Of a stretch of DNA of 46,290 nt, positions 38,568-46,290 are shown piece after piece. The translations under genes were made by a program, and so were the position numbers. Source of the stretch: Candidatus Zambryskibacteria bacterium RIFCSPHIGHO2_02_FULL_43_14. Lineage in GTDB: Bacteria; Patescibacteriota; Minisyncoccia; Phycocordibacterales; Zambryskibacteraceae. The number at the start of each line of letters is the position of its first letter. The first letter of the stretch is position 1. Below the pieces are notes generated by a model. That model did no database searches, had not been told where the DNA came from, and saw only the letters and a program-made list of their open reading frames with translations. The stretch is from the NCBI GenBank assembly GCA_001825315.1, contig MHVR01000015.1, forward strand, positions 1 to 46,290. The letters run 5' to 3'.

Positions 38568-39713
38568 TTACTCCTCTTCCGCCAACTTACGCAGAGCAAG
38601 ACCGATGGCAACGGCAAATTCAGGACCAGTTTCTCTCAAGATATTTACGAGAAAAGCTGGAGCGGAAAGCTTGCTGAAAGGGTCAGCTGAAAATACTTCC
38701 GCTTTGAAATTATTTTTAGCCAGTTCCGAGAAACCCTTAAGAGCAGAGCCGCCTCCGACTAGAATAATCTTCGCAATCGTTTTGTTATGCTTCTTTTCGA
38801 AAGCAAGCAAAGCATTACTAATCTCAGCAAAGATGTAATCTAGGACAAGCACGATAATGTCGGTCAGATTCTTGTCCGATCCCAGGGCACCTTTTTCCCG
38901 TTTGATGATTTCTGCTTGTTCGAGAGTTAATCCAAGAGACTTAGAAATAGTAGAAGTAATATCCTGTGAACCACGATTGATGGTATGAGAGGAGCGAACG
39001 ATGCCGCGCTCTACAACATAGAGTTTGGTTGAGGCCGCTCCCATATCTATAATCATCACTGGACGGAGCGTCTCATCAAGCACCGCGCGCATGGTACTGA
39101 ATATCTCTATTTCAAAAAAGCTCGCTTCCAAACCGCCTTTAGTTGCAATCTCTTGGTATCGAGCGATGGTTTCTTGATGTATGGCTACGATCAATACGTC
39201 GATTTTAGCAAGCGCAGGATGGACGCTAGCTCCTGTATTGAATGAAGAATCTGTTTCCGCAGTAGAAAATTCTTGAGAGTCCTCTGGTCGTACTTCGTTT
39301 TTCGGGATAATAGACCAGTCGAGCATAACCTCGGAAATAGGCACTGGAATGTATCTGCGTGCCTCAAGTGGTACCATGACTGAAAGTTGTTTGGCACTAA
39401 CCTCCGGCATCTCGATCACCGACATTAAAGATGAGGCAAATGGAATAGAAATACCGCATTTCTTAGTGGTAATATTAACCTCCTTCTCTTTCATAAGATC
39501 CACCAAAGCTTGAGCAATTTTGTCGGGTGGAAGCACCACCGCCTGACCGACACCAAGACCGGCGTAGGGACCTAGGGCAAGTTCGCCGTACGTTTCAAGC
39601 ACAGCTTGACCATTTTTCTTTTTTATCTGTACTATCTTGATAGCCGAAGATCCTATATCAACACCCAACGTTGCGGATTCGCCTCGACTGGTAAATTTAG
39701 AAAAAAATGCCAT
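38568..39713 (-). CDS. pilM: Type IV pilus assembly protein PilM
   Basis: LGVDIGSSAIKIV, EARRYIP, IDMGA, LVGGGS, FAVAIGLALR. Confidence 0.95.
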   Translation of the reverse strand: MAFFSKFTSRGESATLGVDIGSSAIKIVQIKKKNGQAVLETYGELALGPYAGLGVGQAVVLPPDKIAQALVDLMKEKEVNITTKKCGISIPFASSLMSVIEMPEVSAKQLSVMVPLEARRYIPVPISEVMLDWSIIPKNEVRPEDSQEFSTAETDSSFNTGASVHPALAKIDVLIVAIHQETIARYQEIATKGGLEASFFEIEIFSTMRAVLDETLRPVMIIDMGAASTKLYVVERGIVRSSHTINRGSQDITSTISKSLGLTLEQAEIIKREKGALGSDKNLTDIIVLVLDYIFAEISNALLAFEKKHNKTIAKIILVGGGSALKGFSELAKNNFKAEVFSADPFSKLSAPAFLVNILRETGPEFAVAIGLALRKLAEEE

Positions 39714-39739
39714 ACGCTTTATAATATCATAAACCCTTT

Positions 39740-40441
39740 ATGTATTTTTTATCTCGTATTGTAGATTTATGTATCGACTTTCTCTTCCCTAAAAGTCGAA
39801 AGGTGTTGGAACTTGAAGCACTTTCTATCGATACTATTATAAAGACTTTGCCTCCCGCCAACTTCGCCAGATCAAAGGATAGCTTCGTCGAGTCGAAGGC
39901 CGAATGCCAGAAAAATAAGGATATCATAGCTCTTTTCGACTATAGCCATCCCGTGGTCAAGGAGATTGTCTGGAAACTTAAATATAATGGCAATGCAAGA
40001 ATTGCTGACAAACTTGGAGAAATTCTCTATGACCATATACAACAGGAATTCCTCGACCTTGCTCTTTTTGAAAAATGGGGCAGACCTATATTAATACCCA
40101 TACCCATTTCAGATAAACGTCGATTCGAGCGGGGATGGAATCAGTCCGAACTTCTCTGTGAGCAAATCATGGCACACGACAATGAAAAAACTTTCAGATA
40201 CCTGCCGAGACGGTTGGTCAAACTGTACCACACCGAAAGCCAGACTAAGACTTCATCAAGAAGTGAGCGTTTAAAAAACATCAAAAATTCAATGAAAGTC
40301 CTGAATGCGCCAGCGATTATCGGAGAGTGTATTGTCGTTCTGGATGATGTCACTACTACTGGCTCAACCTTCGTTGAAGCAAAGCGCGTCCTGCGCGCGG
40401 CCGGCGCAAAAAAAATTCTATGCGTTGCTGTTGCCCATTAG
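39740..40441 (+). CDS. comF: ComF family competence protein (phosphoribosyltransferase domain)
   Basis: LKY, PIP...RGWNQSELL, VLDDVTTTGST. Confidence 0.9.
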   Translation: MYFLSRIVDLCIDFLFPKSRKVLELEALSIDTIIKTLPPANFARSKDSFVESKAECQKNKDIIALFDYSHPVVKEIVWKLKYNGNARIADKLGEILYDHIQQEFLDLALFEKWGRPILIPIPISDKRRFERGWNQSELLCEQIMAHDNEKTFRYLPRRLVKLYHTESQTKTSSRSERLKNIKNSMKVLNAPAIIGECIVVLDDVTTTGSTFVEAKRVLRAAGAKKILCVAVAH

Positions 40442-40446
40442 TTAGA

Positions 40447-40851
40447 TTACCTCGTCCTAAGGAGAGTGTTGACTAACACAATACCCATAATATCGTAATC
40501 GGACCATTCAGATATCGAGATTTTATCTTTCGATTCGAGAGTGCCAGTCACAGCAATGGTGTCTTCCGCCTTAAGATCGGTGTTGGCATCCTGAATTCGA
40601 CTGATATCAAGAGCAAAATAGAAACCATCACGGCTTTTGACACCTAAAGTGCATTCTCCAGAAACTTCGACTCCTGTTTTGAGAGGCAGACAACTGAAAC
40701 TGCCGGTGATGGTGACCATACCATCGATCTCCTCGTTTACTATCTTATCCCAACCTTTGAATAGGAGAAATCCAAAGATGACAAGACCGGCGAGTACTAC
40801 TAGCCAGATGGCATTTTTACGAAAGAAGCTTTCATTCTCAAAATCATCCAT
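40447..40851 (-). CDS. Hypothetical single-pass membrane protein (OB-fold-like, two Cys)
   Basis: TM helix; ITGSFSCLP...ECTLGVK...FALD. Confidence 0.7.
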   Translation of the reverse strand: MDDFENESFFRKNAIWLVVLAGLVIFGFLLFKGWDKIVNEEIDGMVTITGSFSCLPLKTGVEVSGECTLGVKSRDGFYFALDISRIQDANTDLKAEDTIAVTGTLESKDKISISEWSDYDIMGIVLVNTLLRTR

Positions 40852-41013
40852 ATATCGAGATTATATCAATATTCTGCTTTTTGGCAATGCCGAAAGAATC
40901 ATGGTGGAGTAGCCATGAAAAACCTGCTAGAGTAAACAAACTGGAGACGTGGCTACTCGCCCCGCCAAAGGCGGCGGAGTGGTCGTTTAAGATCAGAATG
41001 TAAAACCCGGTGC

Positions 41014-41100
41014 GGAGGGTTGGCTGAGTGGTCGAAAGCGCCTCACTGCTAACGAGGTAGGGTTTAAAAGCTCTCATGGGTTCGAATCCCATACCCTCCG
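41014..41100 (+). tRNA. tRNA-Ser(GCT)
   Basis: GGAGGGT/ACCCTCC acceptor; CTGCTAA loop; long variable arm; TTCGAAT T-loop. Confidence 0.93.
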
Positions 41101-41115
41101 CACCGGGTTTTACCA

Positions 41116-41199
41116 AAACATAAGTACAAATCCTTTGAATTTGAAAAGTATCTGAAATCTGGCTCTGGTCGTGCGTTTATTAAGAAGCATTTAATCTAG
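41116..41199 (+). pseudogene. C-terminal remnant of a small GIY-YIG nuclease
   Basis: Hand translation KHKYKSFEFEKYLKSGSGRAFIKKHLI*; no start codon or N-terminal GIY-YIG motif. Confidence 0.65.
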
Positions 41200-41333
41200 C
41201 CAATTCGTGATAGGTCGTTCAGACTCTGGCAAGTCTTCAGACTCGAAGAGTTATCGCGCACGAGATGTGTCAATAAAATACTTTTTTATATATGCATAGA
41301 TACGACTTGTTGTATTAGCGATATAATTTGGTT

Positions 41334-42593
41334 GTGAGAATTCTTGTTATTGGAAGTGGCGGTAGAGAACATGTTTTAACTTGGAAACTAAGTAAATCTC
41401 CAAAGGTTACAAATATCTTTGTTGCTCCAGGCAATGCAGGAACATCATTTATAGCTACCAATCTATCATTGTTTTCTACTCAAGAAATCATTAATTGGGT
41501 TAAAGAGAATTCTGTAGATTTAGTAGTAGTTGGTCCTGACAATTATCTCGCCGAGGGAATAGTGGATATGCTCCAAGAACTCAATGTTCCCGTCTTTGGT
41601 CCCACCAAGGCAGCCGCAGAAATAGAATGGTCGAAAGCATTCGCCAAGAAATTTATGAAAAAAGAAGGTGTCCCTACGGCACGATATGAACTTTTTACTG
41701 ATTTAGACAAGGCAAGAGAGTACGTAAGAACAGAACCATTTCCAATAGTTATAAAAGCTAGTGGACTAGCTTTAGGTAAGGGTGTAATCATCACAAATAA
41801 CCTTAAGGAAGCAGAATTGTGTCTAGACGAGATTATGAGGGATAAAATTTTTGGCGAAGCTGGAAATGAAGTGATTATTGAAGAATATTTAAACGGTATA
41901 GAAATCTCTGCGCACGCTTTTTGTGATGGCGACAAAACAATTATGTTTCCCTCCTCGCAAGATCATAAGAGAATTTTTGAAAATGATGAGGGTCCAAACA
42001 CTGGAGGAATGGGAACTATCGCTCTTGTACCAGGAATTACTAATGAACAACTAGAGGAGATAAAAGAAAAAATCATTCTACCTACGCTTCAAGGTTTGAA
42101 AAAACTCGGCAGACCTTTTAAAGGCGTTTTATTCCCAGGAATTATGCTCACTGAAAATGGTCCTAAAGTGATTGAGTTTAATGCTCGATTCGGTGATCCT
42201 GAAACTCAGTCATACATGAGGATACTAGAAACAGACTTGGTTGATATTTTGTTTGCTTGTATTGAAGGAACTCTCGATAAACAAAAAGTGAATTGGTCTG
42301 ATAAGTCTGCCTGCTGTATAGTCTTAGCTTCTGGTGGATATCCTGGGATTTATGAAAAGGGGGAAAAAATAACTGGATTAGAAAATATGAATAGCGAGGA
42401 TGTAGAGATCTTCCATGCCGGAACAAAAATAGAAGAAGCAGCTACTGTAACAAGTGGAGGTAGAGTTCTTGGTATAACTGCTACAAGTACTTCCATTCAG
42501 GGAGCTTTGGCTAAAGCGTATAAAGCTATTGAATCAATAGAATTTGAGGGTGTGCAATTTAGAAAGGATATTGGTCAGAAATCAATTAAATAA
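41334..42593 (+). CDS. purD: Phosphoribosylamine--glycine ligase
   Basis: ILVIGSGGREH, KASGLALGKGV, QDHKR, GPNTGGMG, EFNARFGDPE, TSGGRVL; start refined to GTG 41334. Confidence 0.97.
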   Translation: MRILVIGSGGREHVLTWKLSKSPKVTNIFVAPGNAGTSFIATNLSLFSTQEIINWVKENSVDLVVVGPDNYLAEGIVDMLQELNVPVFGPTKAAAEIEWSKAFAKKFMKKEGVPTARYELFTDLDKAREYVRTEPFPIVIKASGLALGKGVIITNNLKEAELCLDEIMRDKIFGEAGNEVIIEEYLNGIEISAHAFCDGDKTIMFPSSQDHKRIFENDEGPNTGGMGTIALVPGITNEQLEEIKEKIILPTLQGLKKLGRPFKGVLFPGIMLTENGPKVIEFNARFGDPETQSYMRILETDLVDILFACIEGTLDKQKVNWSDKSACCIVLASGGYPGIYEKGEKITGLENMNSEDVEIFHAGTKIEEAATVTSGGRVLGITATSTSIQGALAKAYKAIESIEFEGVQFRKDIGQKSIK

Positions 42594-42703
42594 TGGTGCC
42601 CGAGACGCGTTGTGAGAATAGTGTAAAATAGCAGTGGTGTTTTTCTTTGCTTGCAAATAATCTTGGTTCCAGTAAATTACTCCTAGAACTGAAGGGAGAT
42701 CCA

Positions 42704-42937
42704 ATGACTAGCGACGATTACCGTCAGCTTCTCGCCACCAAGAAATGCCCGAAGTGTGGAACGCAGTTCAATTCAGAAGATATGGGTATGTATGGTGGTG
42801 CCTACGGATGGCAGATCGACGATTCATCTTTCCGCTATACCTTGTGGGCACACTGCCGAGGCTGCAAGTCGCAGCTTACTTTCAAGGAGCTGGGTATCGA
42901 GCAGGCTCCGCCCGCTCTATCTCAACACGTTCACTAA
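42704..42937 (+). CDS. Small zinc-ribbon hypothetical protein
   Basis: CPKC...CRGC; GGGAG SD before ATG 42704. Confidence 0.6.
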   Translation: MTSDDYRQLLATKKCPKCGTQFNSEDMGMYGGAYGWQIDDSSFRYTLWAHCRGCKSQLTFKELGIEQAPPALSQHVH

Positions 42938-42949
42938 CTCAAGGAGAAT

Positions 42950-43147
42950 ATGATGGATTGCGAATATCTCTTGGTTTATGGTGAAGGTCTTTTGCGAGAA
43001 GATCAGAACCACATCCAGTTCCACGCCACCACACCAGAGGGTGCTGAGAAGAACGCGGAGACAATCATCAGTGTTATACGCAAGCAGGCCCAACGTCCTC
43101 AAATGTTCAGCGCCACTCTCTACCGACAAGTAAAAGAGTGGCGATGA
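42950..43147 (+). CDS. Small hypothetical protein
   Basis: AAGGAG SD; followed by a terminator-like hairpin. Confidence 0.55.
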   Translation: MMDCEYLLVYGEGLLREDQNHIQFHATTPEGAEKNAETIISVIRKQAQRPQMFSATLYRQVKEWR

Positions 43148-43151
43148 CCCG

Positions 43152-43204
43152 CCGCCCGCCAACGAGACCGTCATGTCTCACAGGCAGGGCGGTTTCTATT
43201 TTTA
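43152..43204 (+). terminator. Probable intrinsic terminator
   Basis: CCGCCCGCC...GGCAGGGCGG stem followed by TTTCTATTTTT. Confidence 0.5.
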
Positions 43205-43403
43205 CGTAAGAACTGTCTCATTTGTCTCATTTTTAAAAACTAGACCCCGACCCGCTTGTCCGCCATAGCTTTCTTTGACTCGCCGTAGTCTTGTACGGAG
43301 GCGGTAGCAACGGTGGAAGTACCCCAAACCGCCTAGTCTAAAGATGCTAAAATACCCTTACATGGCTTATGCCAACGGGCACTCAACCCGACATCAACGC
43401 TGA

Positions 43404-45584
43404 ATGAAACTTGAAGATAAACTCACGGAAGTGTTTCGCATCTTGCCGGCGCAGGCAAGTGCGCTCAAGAAACTCGGGATTATAAGTATCAAGGATTTGC
43501 TCTATCACTTCCCTACGCGCTATGGCGACAGTGCGCAAGTGACAAGTATTAACAATCTGCATAAGGGCGACACATCCGTAATCTTCGGACGCATCTCCGG
43601 ACTTAAAATGAGTAAGGCGTTCCACAAAAAAATTCCCATGGCCGAGGGTGTGATCGAGGATGATACCGGCAAGATAAAAATAGTCTGGTTCCATCAGGCA
43701 TATCTTGCCAAGATGATAACTGAAGACTCAAATGTCCGAGTCGAAGGAAAAGTTTCAGAAAGAAATAACCGGCTCTACCTATCCAATCCCAAAATAGAAA
43801 AAGCTCCCGATTTATTTACCCAGACAAATACACACTCGTTATACCCAATTTATCCCGAAACGCGCGGCCTCACCTCCAACTGGATTTATCACAAAATTCA
43901 AAATATTTTTATGTCAAGGGGCACCCTTGACACTCTGATTGACCCAATTCCAGAAAATATTTTAAAAACATACAATCTTCCCAATCTTCGCACTTCACTC
44001 ATCTACATCCACACTCCGCAGAAAGAAATTCATGCCAAAGCAGCGCGCAAGCGTTTCGCGTTCGAAGAAATTTTCTTTATCCAACTTGAGAGACAGAAAT
44101 CCAGACATGAATTTAAAGAACAAAATGCATTTGTGATAGAAAAGAACATGAACGATATGGAGAAACTCATAAAACACTTTCCATTCAAAGCCACAAACGC
44201 ACAGAATAGGTCCATTCAACACATTCTCGACGACTTTCATCGTGGACATCCTATGTCGCGACTTTTAGAAGGAGATGTCGGTTCTGGTAAGACGGCTGTG
44301 GCCGCGGCGGCAGTCTATGCGATAGCGACATCAAAGCCCTTCGACTTCGCTCAGGGCCGTTTGCAAACTTTTGGAAGTTTGCAAACGGCCTACATGGCGC
44401 CGACTGAAATTCTCGCCCAACAACACTTCGAATCTTTCATAAAATATTTTTCGCATCTACCCATCAATATAGCTTTAATTACTGGTAGTGGTTGCCGTAA
44501 ATTCCCATCCAAAATTAACCCCGATGGATGGACAAATATTTCCCGTGCTCAACTGCTCAAATGGGTCGCCTCTGGCGAGATTGCCGTTCTTATCGGAACT
44601 CACGCCCTGATAGAGAAGGGTGTTAAATTTAAACACTTGGCGTTGGCCATTGTAGACGAACAGCACCGCTTCGGCACGGCCCAAAGGCAGAAACTTGTCA
44701 ATAAACATGAGATTACTCCACATCTATTGTCAATGACTGCTACACCTATACCCCGCACTCTTGCCTTAACGCTTTACGGCGATCTCGATTTGTCGCTCCT
44801 CGACGAGATGCCCATCGGCCGGAAAAAAATTATGACCGAAATCATCACTCCAGAAAAGAGAGGCGAGGCGTATGAAAAAATCAGAGAAGAACTCAAAGCC
44901 GGCCGGCAACTTTATGTCATCTGTCCACGTATAGATGAACCGGATCCAACCAAAGAACTTGCCGTATTGACAAAATCGGTAAAAGAAGAAGCAAGACGGC
45001 TCAAAAAAGAAATTTTTCCAGAATATGAGATTGAGATTTTGCATAGCAAAATGAGACCGGCAGAGAAAGAAAAAATTATGCTTGATTTCTCCGCCAAAGG
45101 CGGATCCGCCTCTGGCGGAAAAAATAAGATTGATATCTTGGTAGCCACATCAGTAGTGGAGGTGGGCGTCAACGTCGAAAATGCTTCGCTCATAGTTATT
45201 GAAGGCGCGGAACGCTTCGGCCTTGCCCAGCTTCACCAACTGCGAGGCCGTGTGCTTCGAGGCACACACCAGTCTTACTGTTTCATTTTCGCCGACACGA
45301 GATCGCCAAAAACGATTGAACGTCTAGAAGCACTCAAAACCGCGAAAAACGGCTTCGAACTGGCCGAATTCGATCTCGCCCAGCGCGGTGCTGGAGAACT
45401 TCGCGGTATCAAACAATGGGGTATCTCCGATCTCGGCATGGAAGCCATCAAGAATATTAAGATGGTCGAAGCCGCGCGCATAGAGGCAACCAAACTTATA
45501 AAAGCTGACCCTACGCTCTCAAAATTTCCATTGCTTAAAGAGCGGCTCAATTCTTCAGCCTCCACCAAAATTCATTTTGAATAA
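43404..45584 (+). CDS. recG: ATP-dependent DNA helicase RecG
   Basis: RLLEGDVGSGKT, MAPTEILAQQH, VDEQHRFG, MTATPIPRTL, ERFGLAQLHQLRGRV. Confidence 0.97.
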   Translation: MKLEDKLTEVFRILPAQASALKKLGIISIKDLLYHFPTRYGDSAQVTSINNLHKGDTSVIFGRISGLKMSKAFHKKIPMAEGVIEDDTGKIKIVWFHQAYLAKMITEDSNVRVEGKVSERNNRLYLSNPKIEKAPDLFTQTNTHSLYPIYPETRGLTSNWIYHKIQNIFMSRGTLDTLIDPIPENILKTYNLPNLRTSLIYIHTPQKEIHAKAARKRFAFEEIFFIQLERQKSRHEFKEQNAFVIEKNMNDMEKLIKHFPFKATNAQNRSIQHILDDFHRGHPMSRLLEGDVGSGKTAVAAAAVYAIATSKPFDFAQGRLQTFGSLQTAYMAPTEILAQQHFESFIKYFSHLPINIALITGSGCRKFPSKINPDGWTNISRAQLLKWVASGEIAVLIGTHALIEKGVKFKHLALAIVDEQHRFGTAQRQKLVNKHEITPHLLSMTATPIPRTLALTLYGDLDLSLLDEMPIGRKKIMTEIITPEKRGEAYEKIREELKAGRQLYVICPRIDEPDPTKELAVLTKSVKEEARRLKKEIFPEYEIEILHSKMRPAEKEKIMLDFSAKGGSASGGKNKIDILVATSVVEVGVNVENASLIVIEGAERFGLAQLHQLRGRVLRGTHQSYCFIFADTRSPKTIERLEALKTAKNGFELAEFDLAQRGAGELRGIKQWGISDLGMEAIKNIKMVEAARIEATKLIKADPTLSKFPLLKERLNSSASTKIHFE
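43912..43932. repeat. Palindromic element in recG
   Basis: TGTCAAGGG-gca-CCCTTGACA. Confidence 0.6.
44336..44357. repeat. REP-like element in recG (encodes PFDFAQG)
   Basis: GCCCT-TCGACTTCGCTC-AGGGC. Confidence 0.65.
45090..45119. repeat. 30-bp palindromic element in recG (encodes SAKGGSASGG)
   Basis: TCCGCCAAAGGCGGATCCGCCTCTGGCGGA; the 13-mer CCGCCAAAGGCGG recurs at 40962..40974. Confidence 0.75.
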
Positions 45585-45614
45585 TCTGCCTATTATTACA
45601 ACACATAATAAATA

Positions 45615-45643
45615 TTGACAAGCCACATATCAAGGCATACAGT
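45615..45643 (+). promoter_or_regulatory. Sigma70 promoter
   Basis: TTGACA-17 nt-TACAGT. Confidence 0.55.
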
Positions 45644-45694
45644 TGAGCTAGATTAGCAGAGATAACCCTTATACAAATAGAAAGGAGGAAGAGG

Positions 45695-45952
45695 ATGGGG
45701 ATTTATTGGGGATCATCAGACGCCCACTACTACAATGTCGAAACAAGGCTTGCAGACATGCGAGACATACTCGACGCGCTGACTCGCGCTGTCCCCGCAG
45801 AAGAGGAGCAACGGACACTCCGCGCTGCATGGCTTATCGCCGACCAGGTGGAGCGGGCGGCGCTCTCGTTGTCTGAAGCTCTCAGCAAACGCCTCGGAGA
45901 ACTCCTGGCGGATCAACGCGATGGACCCTCCCCCTCTCCGCGTGTGAGATGA
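45695..45952 (+). CDS. Small hypothetical helical protein
   Basis: Strong SD AAGGAGG; promoter upstream and terminator downstream. Confidence 0.6.
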   Translation: MGIYWGSSDAHYYNVETRLADMRDILDALTRAVPAEEEQRTLRAAWLIADQVERAALSLSEALSKRLGELLADQRDGPSPSPRVR

Positions 45953-45989
45953 GGGATCGATCACCCACTGGTCAGAGGTATGGCTTGAC

Positions 45990-46022
45990 AAGCGGCGCCG
46001 GAAAAATCGGCGCCGCTTTCTT
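45990..46022 (+). terminator. Intrinsic terminator
   Basis: AAGCGGCGCCG-gaaaaat-CGGCGCCGCTT followed by TCTT. Confidence 0.65.
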
Positions 46023-46290
46023 AATTCTTGTGCTAGCATTTAGTAAATGAATCCCGTTAGAAGCCGTGGCTTGGCTCTTGTGTGCATTTCCATCTTTTCC
46101 ACTTCCGCAGTTCTATACACAAGCCACTAAGAAAAATTTTTGTTCAAAAGCATGATTCCAATATCATTCTGGTGTCTTTATTGTACCAAGCTCGAACCTA
46201 TTTCCAAAACCAATGATTCGGAGAAAGCCCCACGCACTGGCGAGTACGCCAGCAACCCCGAAAGAAAAAACACTCCTTGCATTTCTGATT

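Noticed and set aside
40844..41116. 90-aa minus-strand ORF
   Set aside because: Antisense to tRNA-Ser.
43245..43325. GC-rich imperfect repeats upstream of recG as an ncRNA
   Set aside because: Pairing is weak and there is no recognisable family; more likely decayed REP-like elements.
43401..43403. TGA recoding (genetic code 25) extending recG
   Set aside because: TGA terminates many genes here (ATGA overlaps), and long genes contain no in-frame TGA.
46040..46290. Possible gene end or remnant at the right edge
   Set aside because: Only short open frames on either strand, with no motif I can identify confidently.

Overview
Bacterial DNA using the standard code (TGA is a stop). The gene content and style point to a small-genome Patescibacteria/CPR (Parcubacteria-like) chromosome; this taxonomy is inference. 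The left 16.3 kb is the most striking part: a tightly packed minus-strand cluster of nine secreted proteins, each with a near-identical ~52-aa duplicated Ca-binding dockerin-type module. Their cargo domains are six right-handed beta-helix proteins, a lectin/Ig/SGNH esterase, a PQQ sugar dehydrogenase also fused to a Hint domain, and one unknown domain. Two cohesin-like genes accompany them, one membrane-anchored and one running off the window edge. Together this looks like a cellulosome-style modular surface complex in a lineage not known for cellulosomes. A divergent ECF sigma factor follows. The rest holds six tRNAs, a large surface protein, two toxin-antitoxin pairs, gatCA, ligA, a type IV pilus/competence cluster (pilM, pilN, pilO, pilB, pilT, pilC, pilD, pilins, comF), a lone purD and recG. 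Secondary signals: many leaderless-type promoters, short palindromic elements inserted in-frame into recG and pilT, a tRNA-Ser with a 14-bp extended acceptor helix, and GIY-YIG and NUDIX remnants. All calls come from reading motifs by eye; no database search was run.
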